DNA from: Takakia lepidozioides
Lineage: Eukaryota > Plantae > Bryophyta
NCBI GenBank assembly: GCA_030704615.1
Contig: CM060733.1
Span: 310,001 to 374,000, forward strand
DNA length: 64,000 nt
Direction: 5' to 3'
Below, piece after piece: positions 12,081 to 26,323 of this stretch (position 1 is the stretch's first letter; every line of letters starts with the position of its first letter). The notes under the pieces are model-generated. The model worked only from the letters and a program-made list of their open reading frames with translations, had not been told where the DNA came from and did not search any database. Position numbers and translations under genes: made by a program.

Positions 12081-13123
12081 GCAAGAGATCTGAAATCTAA
12101 CTTCACCGGTGAGTCATTGATAACATTGCCCACCTTACCCCCCCCCATTCAACGAGTTTCTGCCAATCTCACAACATCCGGGCCCATTGCCATACTAACA
12201 ACATCCCCCTGTGCCATACCGATAGCACCCGTCCCCAACTCCCTACTTTGAATGTTTAGTTGTCATTATCCATGCATGCTTTCCACTTTGTTCTCATGAG
12301 GGAGTGCATGCCGCTTGGTTTTGGCAGCCCCACAAGGACTGGGAGAAGAAAATGGGGCCTCTTACTCAATTTTTTGGATTTTTCACTCAATTTGTGATTG
12401 TAGCTAGCAAGGTTTATTTATTTATTTATCAAAAACAGGATTGTAGTGGTAGGGAGGAGGAGTATGCATGTGGATATTTTGTACATGCCAGTGGAATTAT
12501 GACGCTGTGAAACCCTTAAGGCCTCGACTATAATAGACCTCAAATCACAGGAGAGTCAAGTCAAGTCAAATGACTGATCGACCTATCTTGATTGAACAGG
12601 GCAATGTGTCAATCTATTGTTTAGGATTTAAGGTTGCAAGTTCATTCATGATGTCATGATGGCGATGGTTTTTGTAATATATGTTTCTCCGCGCTGCATA
12701 TTCGTAGTACCTTCATTATGCAATTTGCAATGTATGCGTTGTGTTTTTATGTGTAAGGCTCTGCTTTGGTCCTTATTTTGGTGCAAATTCTAATGGGGTT
12801 CTTTTCGGGTACGATGAGCTTTCACTTTTGCAAGAGAGGCAGTAACATCCATATATGTTGGTGTACTTAGTGTGGTTTTTCAAATTTTTAAGAAGGTGTT
12901 ACTTTCTTCATGTTGCTACTTCTTAGGAGTTTATTTGTTTGCAGGTACTTGTGAAAGACAACAAGTTGTATTTTGCTGAACGGTACTTTAAAAAGAAATC
13001 GGGTAGTTAGTTTCTTAGGACTGGCTGTCATAGGTTTGCCGATCTTTGCGTTCGATTGTTTGAAAATTTCTCTCCTTCTTTGGTGATTTAATCTTTGCTA
13101 TATGTACTAAACTCAATTCCTTG

Positions 13124-14490
13124 TCAACTCTCATGCTCTCGAGGATTTTTTTTGAGTTGACTACGTCTATGCCTCCAATTCACTTCGGCTTTGTTAGCGT
13201 CCAGAGGAGAGCGTCTTGCACTAACGGAGCTATCAGCAGGGTGAGAGACATTTTCCCCACACAACTCTCGAGTCAAAAATTCTCCTGTAGAACATCTTTT
13301 CTCCAAGAGCTGTCGAAGGCAGCGAGGAGCTGGGCTCTCCTTCTATTACCACATTTGGGAAGAGTTGTCATAAGAGCAAACCAAGATTTACGAGCTTCAG
13401 ACACAAGGTCTAAGTGAGCCAAGTATAGAACCTTCTGCAGACAGGGCAAGATCTTTTGGAAAACTACCAAGCATCGCATTTTTCATATTTGCCATAAGAT
13501 AATACCCTTGAGAGACTCCCAAACATGGCAAAAGCAGAATTTGGATGCCATCTTTGATATTTAGCAGCAAAGCAATAGCAGAAAAGTCAGAAAAGAAAAG
13601 ACTGTACTTATTCCAATGAGAATAGAGTGAGAGAGCACGAGTCCAAACAGAAGTTGCAAAAGGACAGAACACAAAACAATGTTCAATGTCTTTCGTGTAA
13701 TTCAGATTACACACAGCACAAGTGGAAGGAGAATCCGAAAGAATGGCACTGACACGGATAAATCTATTTGCAATCTTCCAAAGAAAAGCTGAGATCTTAG
13801 AAGATCTATGTTTTTTCCAAATATCTGCCCATATAAGTTTCCATGAGCCAGTAACGCGGGTCCATTTCTTCGTCCACTTCCTTTCAAAAGTCCGTTTGGG
13901 CATGAACAAGGAATATCCCAGCTTAACTGAATATGCAAAAAAGTGGTCATGTTTGTTGGTAATCCAAAACCACTCTTCAGGATCAAAATGCAACAATCTG
14001 ATGGGCGCTGAAAAAAACCATTTGAAGAAGCAGTTATAATGTTGAAGCTCCTCCGGCGGCATGAGGTTGGATTTCCCCGTACTGGAGCAAAAAAACTCTA
14101 ATAATATCGTAAACAGTACTGTCATGTAGCATAAGAGGCTTGGGATTGTACAATCCAAATGCACACTGAAGCCAATTCCCAAGCAGTTGGGGCTTCTTGT
14201 GACTGCAAAAAAGGCCTTTAGCTCAGAGCCCACTGAAAAACCAAGCCACTGTGGGAAATTCGTGTTGAGAGGTTGAGGTTCTCACCCCTCTTTTTTGTGA
14301 AAATTCATAGAAAAACACTCCCTTTCTTTTGCACAACATGTGCTCCTGAACATTGGCGAATCCAAGTTCGATTGAAGAGCCGCTAATGGAAAGATTGTGG
14401 TCCTGATTGGTGTCGAAACAAATGGTGACTAGCTCATAATATCTCCCGCACAGAGATTGCTTGCTTGTTTGCTCCAACTTAATCCCCAAT
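13124..14490 (-). mobile_element. 5'-truncated L1-type LINE, ORF2 C-terminal region (zf-RVT)
   Basis: WADIWKKHRSSKISAFLWKIANRFI...CAVC...DIEHCFVFCPFATSVW in ORF 13397..14233 is the zf-RVT pattern of plant L1 ORF2. Confidence 0.8.
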
Positions 14491-14728
14491 GACCTACACT
14501 ATGCACAACAAAAGCTTGAAGCCTAATAGATAATTCTCATAGTAGTCTATATTGGGAGTGTTGGAATAGTTACTCCAATTAGATTATAATTCAAAGAGGC
14601 ACAACCATTACTCAAGGGTGAGAAACCCATTCACAAGGTCACATATTGCATCATACGTGCGTTGATGAAATTCTACATTGTGATCACTCTGCAACAATTG
14701 TGGAACTCGGGGTAGAGCTGTAGTATTC

Positions 14729-15018
14729 CAGTTTGCCAACCTCCGGTTCCGGTTTTTTCAGATCTTTTTTATGGAAAGAACCACCGGTTCTGGTTAATCA
14801 TAAGAACCTCAAATAACCGACGGTTTTCATCAAATAACCGACGGGTCTTTGGCGGATCTTTGACGGTTTTTAGGCTGGTTATTTCTAAAACTATGTAACC
14901 GGCGGTTATGAGCCTTTGCCTGTTCTTTTCTTTTTTGGGAACCGCAGTTATACATCCATATACCCTTCTTCGTAACCTCCCGGGTTTGTAGCCGAATCAA
15001 AGAACCTCCCATCACTGG
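14729..15018. mobile_element. Possible degenerate hAT-type MITE with clustered ACCGG/CCGGTT repeats
   Basis: CAGT...ACTG ends and many AACCG/CGGTT motifs. No clean TSD. Confidence 0.35.
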
Positions 15019-16108
15019 TTACTTTTTCCTTGCTTCTCAATATATTCAGGGCATTTGTCCCTTTCCCTTAAAAACAAAAGGGTCCTTGGTCACCCGGTCA
15101 TGATGGCATACCATACTATGGATTGCAGAAAATGGACCCACATTCTACATGCATAACATTCTACATGCATATTGTTGTCAAGGATTAATCCATGATATTC
15201 TGCCAACTTAGTGAATATTTTGCCACGTAAGCCTCCCTTTCTGGACAGAAAAATGGACACCAAATGTGTGGGGTATCTTTTGAGGCCTTCGAGGCCTTAG
15301 AGCAGGTTTGGGCAACCCTTGTTATAAGATCTCCATCTTCTACTTTCCAAACAGAAAGTGGTAAATGGGAAATCCTTTGGGGTGAAGTGACACCATAAAA
15401 TTCCAGTTGCTGAAGCACCACTTGGCCTTGCTTGGAAAGGTGAACTACCTCAACGTTGATGTTGACGCCCACACAAATCCCAGCGAGGTTGTTAGCATCT
15501 GGCCTCACCTTCACACCATGCCAAGTTGACCCCAACGTTGGGTTGCCAGCAAAGATGCCGTGACTCCCACGTATATCCATTCCATTGGGCCCAGTACAGA
15601 TACCTTGTCGAGTCCTCGTCCCCACCATTGCTTCGGACCCCACCCCAAATCCATGGAGATACTCTCCACATGTTCTCCTCAACGAACTCATTTGGACCAT
15701 CTTGGCCCCAGATGTCCAAGTCAGGTGATTGTTGACAGGATAGATAGAAACAGCAACTGAGTTGTCACAATGTAACGTAAGCACAAAAAGCACAAAGCAC
15801 AGTCCCTATTGCAGGTTTGGGGATATAAGTGAAATAGTCTGTGATACATGTAATAGGATACCTGTGGATCAACGGTTCACAGTAATTGCAGATCAAGCTG
15901 TGAGAGGAACACGCATCCATTGAGTTGAAAAAAGGTACAACAAAAATACTCCTTAGACAATTTGTGAGCACAACATACTCCATCAATCAAAAAACTGCTG
16001 ATGCACCTCAGAGGATGTTGTGTACAATATATTCATTGAATGTGAACAAACTCTGGGGATCGCTGAGAAGCAGCACATCACCATGCTAGCATGTTTGGAA
16101 GAGATATA

Positions 16109-18138
16109 TCATGTGCTAAAGCTGACATTTTGCCTTAGTGAGGTTTCCAAATGTTCCAGAGTCATGACAATTTGCCAAAAGTCAGGTCGTTTCTTGGGGT
16201 TGGTGGACCAACAGAGCTGCATCAATTTTCCCAACGGGACTGGGCAGTGATCTGGCAGCATTGGTCTTGCATTCTGCAGCATTCACAACCAAGAGAGAAG
16301 TTACACACTACATCTGGAAACCGACACAGAGCCATGAGAGACATAATTTTATGAGACATGGACAAAAACAATGTCTACATCGATAGCACACAAGTGGCCT
16401 ACCTTATTCACAACAGCAAAGGCTGCCTGCACAGCGGTCATTTCCTCAAAAGGGAGGAGCCCTGTGACAAGCTCCCACAACACAATACCAAAACTGTACA
16501 CATCCACCTTCTTTGAATAGTGCTTATGGCTAATAAATTCGGGGGCCATCCAACGGTAAGTTCCCAAGTCCCCATTTGGAGAGATGCAGTCTGATTCCAG
16601 GCACCCCACACCGAAGTCTGTAACTTTAATTCTGAGGTCTTCGGTAAGAACCAAGTTCTCTGACTTCAAATCCCTGTGAACCACCCCCTGTGAATGCAGG
16701 TACCTCATTCCTCGAGCTACATCCAGTGCCATAGGCACTATTGTCTCCAGAGGGATTGAATGAGGTTCGCGCTTGTGAAGAAATGCCCTGAGTGAGCCAC
16801 CTGGCAGATACTCTGTGATGATGCAACACACTGGAGGCTTCCTGCAAGCTGCCACAAACTACAGACCCCAAAATCCACAGCCAAACATAATTCAAACGGT
16901 GCCTACAGTTGACTGGGAAGAGTACACAATCAACACCACATGAATGAGTCCCACGACAATTCAGTTCTATTTCAATCATGTAAAGCCTCACAGAGTGGAC
17001 GCATTCCATGGCTCAACTACTTGATGACTGTAGTTGGCCTCACAAACTAGATTCTGTTTGGAGTTTAGCATTACAGACATCCAGTAGGGAATTGCAGAAG
17101 AAGAACATTGTGCCACCAGTTCCTGCACATTGAGAAGACAAGTAATCACCTGCACAACGTTTGCATGATGCAGAGCTGACATCAAAGAAACCTCCTGCAT
17201 GAACTGCCGATCCAGCTTCATTGACATTTCCTCGTCCTCGTCATGCTGCTTCATTACTTTGACAGCCACCTCCTGATTTTTATAGACCCCTTGGTAGAGA
17301 CGGCTATGACTTCCAGATGCAAATTTTTTACCAAGAAACAGCTGAGACATATCCACCATCCACTCCTCCCCGGCTTCGACTGAATGTGCTCCATTGGGGG
17401 TCTCAAAATACTGCAAATGAGCAAGAAATAAACTTCAAAATCTCCCTGGTCAAAGATACAAACATATTGAACAGTTAAAACACAGCCTCAAGGAAGGGAA
17501 CCCTGCACCACTACAAAAAAAACTGTCAGTTCTCCTTGTGTGAATGTCTCACGGAAACATAAGAGAACAAAGCACCCTCCACCTTGACAGAATAGCAATG
17601 AAGATTCGCACACCTGAGACCAAGAAGGAGTCCGCTTGATGTTTTCTCCCTCCAGACTTAGGTCTTCATCCGAATCTCTGCATTTCCCTGAAACTTTGAT
17701 CCCATCGAAGTTTTTGTTTTTCATTTTGGATTTGTCAGGACCACTGCCATCTGCAGCTATATTACCATTTGCCCAGGGTGAGAGGGAGGCAATAGACCGA
17801 TCCTTTCCAGTCAGATTGGACCTAATAGGACTGCTTTCTGAAGACCTTGACATCTTTTTTTTTGTCTCATCAACAGCAGGGTCTCCAACAACATGGATGG
17901 GCATTGATTTTGTCTTAGAAACAGGGTCCACCACAGGCGTCGAGTGGCTGTCCAGCAACCTTTGATAAATACACCGAGAGAAATGGGGACGACCAACCCA
18001 GGTTGAATATACCTGGTCAGAGCCTTTGACCTTTTCCTTTTCAATACTACTCTCATTTCCCTGCCCTTTCTGAGCCATAACTTTCTGTTGGAAGTTTTCC
18101 ACCTCTATGGTGTGGCGCTGTGAAGTGATCACCTCCAT
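16109..18138 (-). CDS. Raf-like MAPKKK, subgroup C (HT1/RAF36/RAF43-like); exons 18138..17614, 17410..17150, 16858..16403, 16273..16109
   Basis: SWSQ|YF...[70 protein letters not shown]...[12 protein letters not shown]. Canonical GT-AG junctions keep the frame. Confidence 0.93.
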
Positions 18139-20938
18139 GCGAAGCTCCTCACCTGTGGGTTACAACAGCTTCCAATCAGCCTACAAACTCTCATTAAAAG
18201 AGTTAAGTTCCTTGTGTTGATGGCACCTTCCTGAGTCAAGGCTGTTGCTAGATCACTGTGACTCCACAGGATTCTTCAACATCCCTCTGTACAAAGCAAG
18301 GCTTGATTTCACAATGCTAGAAGCACTCTGCCCACTCCAACTCCTATGCACCCCACGGAGTGTAGCTTGCAGGTTCATTCTAATAAGTGCCTGAAAGAGA
18401 AATTAGTAAGAGGCTGACCCGAGGTCTGACAAGGCCTCCAGAAGGGCAAGAATCTGCTGGAATCGTCTTGCTGGGCGAGCAGAAGGAGTAACAACAGCTA
18501 AGCTAGAGGCACAGAAAATGTGTACAAGAACCACCTGTCCATTTTTCCCTTCCAAAGAGTGCAAACAGAGGAGAGAATACAGGGAAGGTCCACTGTAATC
18601 CTTCTTCACATGGAGATTGGGACAATGTTGTGTTAGTCCATCACTTGGTACTTGATTTAGTGGCTCTTTCATTTCTCTATCCCACTCCAGTCACCAGTAC
18701 ACAAGTCATGGCTGTTGAGTTTGGATATTTTTGGGGGTGAACACAAGCTGACTTCATGACTGAAATTGGATTAAGAGAAATGATAGAGCCTCTGAATCAA
18801 GTACCACCTCGCCCTTTGTGAGCCAGAAAGAGAGAATGAGAGAGAAGAAGACACGATGGATAGATGGAAAATGAGAACGATACTTAGTAGTGAAAAGTGA
18901 GGAAAAAGGTGAGACGAGTATAGTGTGGGAAGGAAAGTAAAGTGACAAACCCGAGCAACACGAAAGTTCAAAACAACTTTTTTTCCTTCATCCCTTCCTC
19001 CTCTCGGGCTGCTTCTCCGACTGAACCATTTCCCCCCACATTGTGTGATATCTAATTATCTGATGGGCACACCATCACAATCGTGCCATGCCCTGAACTT
19101 GTTTTTCCTCTTTGACTGCCACCATCTCCCTCATGTTGGATTGGGAAATTTGAAGTCTTCACACGAGCCATCTTCACGATAATGGATCGTACACTGATCC
19201 GACAAGCTCCTCTTTGGCCTATTCGCTTTCTCAAATCTTTTATCGACACCTCTCTCTACTTTCAATTCAAACCAACCCAACCGCTCCTTTACAACTGATG
19301 AAGAATAACCATGACCCACGAGCCCAGATATGGTGCATTCTCCGATCCATCCTGCCGTGACCTTGAACAACGCTGACCGACCGTGTCTCTTCCAACAACT
19401 GCAAGTGTCCGATCAAGTTAGACACATATGCCATAAATCACCGAAGAAGACTTTGTCGAGAGATCCTTCACCCGACTGAAAGATCTGAGTCTACAGCAAG
19501 CGACCTCGCATTCCCCAATCTGTCCTCCAAATTTGTGTTCTATCTTCCCGAAGAGATACTGTGGCTGTCAGGTCTAGAGATGCGGATGTAGCAATAAGCC
19601 TAACCAGCAAAAACCCATTATTCATCTATTGTCCACATAGTTCATCCATCACCAGTCTCTAGTCTCGAGTCTCGAGTCTCTAGTCTCTACTTCTTTCTAG
19701 CATCGAGACTAGTTTGTGGCGTCTTCGAAGTCAACTTGTTCGGCTGCGGTGCAGAGAGAACCCTTGTGTGCATTCGATTCGACTATGGGAGAGAAACATA
19801 AGCACCCACTACTGGTGACATTTCATAACCTGCAGTTGAGCTTTTTCCTTCTATAGCTTACACTAATGATACTCCAAGACGCCTGCTTCTTGAATCACCT
19901 GCTTGGTAGTCCTTTTCAAGAATTTAAGCAAAGGTCTCGCTTACAATCTCCTTTTCTGTTGCAGACTTTAGAAGCAGAGCACCATCGTTCCTTCTTCAAC
20001 GAAACGTGATACACTCATGGAATGAAACTCATCTGTTTCGATTATGTGTGTGCATAAGTGTGTACAGTGAAAGCTGCTCTATCTGTGTGCCGAGTTTCCT
20101 AGGTTGTTTGTGAACCCAACTTGTTACAGGACAATCTGGACTCATTACTAAATCTGGACCCATTACTAAGTAAAGGCTTTAGGTCACTCATCTAGTTCTT
20201 GGTCCCTCTCTCCGACCCTCCTATTGAAGTCTTTCTGCCCCGTGGCTTCCTGCGGACGTAGGAAACTTTTTTCTTTCTTTCTTTGGCCTGGGACTCGCTT
20301 AAAATCAGCAAACCATCGGCTCAGCAGTTCCCTAACTACTCTCGCTCTCACGCTCTTCTCATGCCTCTGGTCCATGAAGTCCAAGCATGCACTTGGAGCA
20401 GTCAACTGCACCCATGCCTCGTGAATGTACTGAAAGAAAAACAAGAGAGCATGCACTTGAGGTCACTCGTTTTTGACAGATCCAAAGGTCAACATGAACA
20501 GTACAATCATACAGTCAGTCATCATACAATGGACCAAGATTGGTGCTCAAATTATCTGAACAACATCTTGACAATCTGTCTTCTGTTATGTATGGTCAGC
20601 TGCAAAGTGCACTGGCGCACTGTCTACGTCCATTTGTCGAGTCTTTTGGCTTGTCCGGACAATAGCACACTCATTACAGACTCGAGATCTTAGGGTTATG
20701 GTTTGCTTCCATGTGAGAGGCACATGGGGACTGTCAAGCTTAGAGAACTTTGCAGCTACTGATTTATCCATAATATCCTTCACCATTCCTGAGAAATCTG
20801 GGTAGTTTGTTTCAGTGGAGGTCTGTTCTCCCCAACTTACTGTTCCCATGCCTCAATGACTCCCTCTTGTCGACCTTAAGGAAAAACCCTGTGGGGATCC
20901 TTATTTCATTGAGCATTGGTATAAACTACCGTATAAAC

Positions 20939-21887
20939 CAGTGTTGTGCGGGTTCTGCCTTTTTACGGAACCCGCCGGGTCCGGGTGCGGGTTTTTTTTC
21001 GGAGCCAAGTCCGGGTCCGGATCCGGGTTTTTGAAATTTGGAAAATCCGGGTCCGGGTTCGGGTCCGGGTTTGTCAACACGAACTCGGGTTAGGGTCCGG
21101 GTAGTTGTTGGGAAATATTAGCGGGTTCACGGGTTCGGATCTGGGTCCTAATTTATTGATTAAATAAATTAGAAAAATTAATATTAATTAGAGATAAATT
21201 TATTTTTGGCTGGAAAAAAATTTAAATCTTAATAATGAATTTTATTTTAAGAGACATTCCTTCAAAATATACCATGAATATGAATATGTATACTATGAAT
21301 AAGAATTAAATTAAGTTTGATTTCCATTTTCTATTTTTCAATATCAATTCTTTAAACATGTTAAGAATAGTAATATGCCTCAAGGGTAGATCACTATAGC
21401 ATGGATGTGTGGGATCTGGCATAATAATAATATATGACGTCTCCTTTGGGAGGTGTAAATTATGGTCCCGGAGGGCACAACTTTGTGACACCACTCCGTG
21501 GATTGAACCCACAACCGCTTTTGAGGTGGTGTGTGGGCATTACCACTGGGCTACAACGTGGTGGGGCTGGCTGCTGCAGTGGCCTATTGCTGCTCGTCCC
21601 CTCCACACATATGACAAAACCTACCAGATCTAAGGTGGACCCCGTATGCCCCATCTAAATTTAAGTCCCGGACCCTGACCCGCTACATTGGCCCCGGGTA
21701 GCGGGTTTAACGGGTTCTGGACCCAGCAGGCGGGTCCGGGTCCGGGTCCGGTTCCGGGTTCATTTTAGACATGAATCCGGGTTAGGTCCGGGTTTTTTGA
21801 GATAGCACGGTGCGGGTGCGGGTGCGGGCAACAAGGATCCTAACCCGCCGGGTACCCGCCTTCAAAACCCGGACCCGCACAACACTG
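20939..21887. mobile_element. Non-autonomous hAT-type element (MITE)
   Basis: 15-bp TIR CAGTGTTGTGCGGGT / ACCCGCACAACACTG; dense subterminal CCGGGT/CGGGT repeats at both ends; degenerate 8-bp TSD GTATAAAC vs G-ATAAAC. Confidence 0.85.
21421..21560 (-). mobile_element. tRNA-derived SINE nested in the hAT MITE
   Basis: Minus strand reads TGTAGCCCAGTGGTAA...GCGGTTGTGGGTTCAATCC (A and B boxes, same head as the SINE at 4329) and ends in a (TAT)n tail. Confidence 0.7.
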
Positions 21888-24800
21888 GATAAACGTTCTT
21901 TGTTGTGGTATTTCACGGTTCATTAATATGCTACCACTGTTAGGTACACTTAGGCTCCCATAAACTCCTCTACATCCGGCCCAAACCTACACCAGACACA
22001 TGAGCACTACATGGGTTATCTTCGAAGGCAGGATTTAGAGGTAGAGTAATTGGCCCGAGCAGTTGGTGAAGGTGTCGTTGAAGAATTCAGTGACATGAAC
22101 TCCGGTTCTCAGTTTGAAAGGCAGAATCTGACAACATGAAATTAAGTTGTTGACTGGTAGGTGCACCATGCCTTGGTCGTGGCTGTCCTCACACTCTTCT
22201 AGCTCACCACACTGTTCCCACCTGTCCACCAGGGCCTCGGGGTTCGTTCGTTCCCTTTTGACGAAGACGGTTGTGTATGGTTAGGGTTACTAGTAGACAG
22301 TGTGTCGGACAAAAAACCATAAGTCATAGACGCACAGTGGGTCAAAGCCCGGCCATAAGATATTGTCTCCCACAAGTGCCATTCCTTTTGTCTGGTTGAG
22401 AGTCGAGAGAGAGCTGCAGTGAGGAAGAAGATCAAGTACTGGGTACAAGAACGTGCACAATCTCATTGTTCGTGGGTTTGAATTGAGTCAGAAATGTGCA
22501 GGGCCCAGGCCCCTGTGCCGGCCTCCCACCAAAACCCACGACACAAAACAGCCCAACATTCAAAAGCTTGGCAGGCTACATGCTTGCAGAACAGTCGCCG
22601 TGGCAAGTCGGTACCATATTCTCCTGCCTTACTAACTCCAATGCTCATATGCTCTGCAGCTCTGCAGTGCAAGATTATGAAGCGTGATCTAGCGCACACT
22701 GTCTCCACAGAACATGTGCCAACATCTGTCAGAGCCTTTAGCTCGCGGTTGCCAAATTCGGGGAAGTGGGTACGATTCCAACATTGGGCAGCCAACAGAC
22801 TCGCGCTGATAAATGAATTGCGTGGCAGATCTGCTGCTTGTTCAAATTTAAACTTACTGCAAGCAAAGCTGCCCTGGCATCACACAACCCTAACTTAATA
22901 ATCCTCAGACATATTCCATGTTCAAATTCTGACTTCCTGTTTCCCAACAGCTCGCTTGCGAAGTGGCAGAGGTGCGTGAACATTCAAACGTATGTACAAG
23001 ACGCCAGCCATTGCTCCTGCGCTGGGAGACGGAGAAACATATTCTATTCTCACAGACAGCTCACAGCACCCCCCTTTAAACTTTAAACCAACTTACTTTA
23101 CATATTTACGTACATACTTCATGAGGTGAAGTGGCTCCGAGTTCCGTTGACCAGTAGACTCTGTAAATTCGGTGGAACGTTGTACACACTTTAGCTTTTA
23201 CTTTAACCTTCTCTACGTGCCGCTAGGTAACAATAGACGATATTATCTGCAGCATAAATTATTGTTTCACTTTCTGGGTCCTACATATCCGGCCATATCA
23301 GAAAAAAGGGAGGGGACTTTGTGATCTATGTGATAATCATATACATGCCCCCACTTGCTGCCTTTTTGCTCATCTATTTCCCAATCATTGCTTTCTTTCT
23401 GTAGCCTTCGGATTCATCCTCTCACTGCGTCCTAATCTTGAGGAACAAATAAGTTCAATACTTGCATTTCAGTAGAATTGATTTACTAACCCACCATGAA
23501 TGGCTGAATGAATGATGACAGGGATCGATGACGAATGGTTTATCCCATCTCTGATGGAGTCACCCTGTTCGTGTCGAGACGTCCATATGATCAACCTTTT
23601 CTTTTCTTCTGGAGCCCTTTTTTTTTCCTTATAATCAAAGGACTCTGGAAAAATAACCCAGCGGCAAAGCGTAACTCAACAACTCAACGTCAACTACTCA
23701 ATAATATCTTAACTTTCTGGATATTGGATTGATCTTTATGACAATCCATGAGATTTCATTCTTTCACCAAAAAGCGGCCCTGTATGCGGACTGATGAGTA
23801 AGTATGATAAGTTATTGAGCCACTTTAGGACCTGATCGCATCGTGGATGCCTGAGTCTGTAGTTGCTCCCATGTATAATGGCTATATATCTCTGTATATA
23901 TATATAGAGAGAGAGAGAAAAGGGGAGGACGCCATTAGACCTGAGCACCTTTGAAAACTGTTTTATGTTTCTTGAAGCGGAATTTCGCAGTCGCCGGACT
24001 AGGTACGTCGCTCTGCCCCGGCCAGTTCTGGATTCCAGCCCTCCGCCCGCTGCATTCTGGTAATTCGTTTTCTCTTACGTTGCTCGGTCGGGGCTGGTAT
24101 AGACTAGGTATGTATCGGCTCGCCCTAGCAACACATATCTTCCACCGGACTTCACAACAGATAATACTCCACGAAAGTCCAACCCTAAGAGTTTCACCTG
24201 TCAAGTTCTCTCTATAGTTATTTTTAACTGTTTGATATTGCTAGTATAATTTTTAAAAGGAAAGGCATGGGCAGGCATGGGCATGGATGATGCAGTAATG
24301 AGGGCAGCATGCGGCCGCGCGCCGCTTTCACGCCGCGATTGCGCTACCGCTTTACACTCCACACTCATTGCGCCTCCTTTGCCTTTATCATCCTTCCTTG
24401 CTCTGGCTCTTGCCTCTACATTCATCCACTATCGCTTGATGGCGGTTCCCACTTTATCTTTATTCATCTATGCTACATAATATCGTGGCATATCAATGAT
24501 AATAGTAGTTACTACTATTTACATCCACTCGACAAATCCGGCAGACATTATGTGCTCGAAATCTAATTGCGAAATTACGGGTTGGACGAAAGTTCTAAGT
24601 ACGGTTGGTCCACGTGAGTGGAAGTGAAATGGATTAACGTTTTACCTACCCGCTGTGCTGTTTTACTGAGGAGGGAAGCGAGGTAAGAAAGGAGTGCAGT
24701 TTGTGGCAGACTGCAGAGTGCACAACTGCCCGCGCTTCGTCTAAGTTATCTCTCTCGCTTCGCAAATGCCGTAGAGGCGACATGCGCTGTGAATAATGGA

Positions 24801-26323
24801 GGTTTTGAATGCGCTTTCCTAGGCTGGAAGTGGCTGTGCATTGAGCTCCCTATGGCTGGCATTCATGGTGCGCGGAATGAGGTTTTTGATGTCTATCAAT
24901 CTGCGATACCTGCTGCGTTGAGGGGGTCACTGCTACCGGGAGTTGGCAACCTGACCTGACTCTTTTACGGTGCAATTTTTTTTATAAAGGCTCTCGTGTT
25001 GTGGTTATCTGTGAGTCTGTGCACATGGCGCGTGCTATCTCATTCCTGCTCGGTGGTTGAGGGGTTGAATTCGTAGCGTCCTTTGCGATCTAATCCAGTC
25101 GGTGTCTCTGTAATAACTGTGGCGTTCATGATAGATTCGTGCTCTCAAGGACAGTTTTCATTGAGCTCCCCGTGGATTGCACTGACACAAATAAGTTATT
25201 TGGAAGGCTAATTAGTCACCGTTTCTTTTCATCCAATAGGTAGTCGCACTCTGTTTCCAAATTTTAGGGGGCGAGAGAGTTCTGGGACCAGGAAGCAAGG
25301 GGATTCAAGGATTTTCTAAATAGCCTTCGTGAGTGAGGCATTCGTGAAAACATTGGCAAGAGAGAGGTCAATCAGTAGCCTTGGCAGTCAACAATTTGCC
25401 TTTTCAATACCAAAAGAGAACAGTTTTCCAACTTTTATCATCGCGATCGTTAGGACACAGGAGTCAAGAATAGATTTCAGATCAACATTCTCTCATTGGG
25501 AAGGCAGAGAACTTTGATGATGGGAGTTATTGAGAAGAGAAGCAGCGAGATTTGATAGGCCTATTGCCATCATCACTGGCGTGTTTCTTGTCGATTCCCA
25601 TGCACATGGATCTCAAGTTTTGATATATGGTGTGAGATGGTTGCATTTTGAATTATCTGCAGTAGACCTGAGAGGGAGTTTGACTACGAAGACAGTCAAG
25701 ACAGAATCGCAGACTGGTGAGTACTTCCGAGCCCTGGACAGTCGTGCACACACAAATACAAATGTGTAGACTGAGAAGGAAGCAAGGTGAAATCGGGCGG
25801 ACAGGTCTACAGTGTTTTATGACAGCAGACAACATCTGTCTCATTCCCAAATGCTCTCAGTACTGTATTCATTGATCTAGCTCGTGCAACGGAGCCAAAT
25901 TATTAAGCGGCTAATGATACCATCATCTTGGGAATTTTTCAAATTGTACTGAATTTTGACAACAGTAGGTTCGTAATGCAGTGTCAACTGCGGCATTGGT
26001 CTGGAATCTGAGCGATGGCAGCAATATTTGCAGCTCGTCTCATTTCTCCTTCTTCGGCACACATTCTGTTTCAAATCACAGAGGAACTCTTTGCGTGAAG
26101 GTGGTTGTCGTGGCAGTCTTTAGATTCCACACTTGGCTCCACAGTGTCCTGTTCTACAAACGAGTGTGCAGGCCATCTTCTTTCATGCCATGAACATGCG
26201 AGGGCAGTACTATCGAGTATGTTGGCAGAAGGAGATGGTTCACATGAGTGGAGTAGGTGATTGAACGATTCTTGAACCGCTATTTTACTGCCTCAAGGCC
26301 GTTCTCTCTACCTGTTTGTGTTA

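Noticed and set aside
15185-15793. 202-aa ORF downstream of the kinase
   Set aside because: No recognisable domain, and the kinase is complete without it. Probably decayed repeat sequence.
21990-22800. Gene-like minus-strand fragments, including SYGRAL reminiscent of aldolase
   Set aside because: A single short motif with no other aldolase motifs in order; cannot be assigned.
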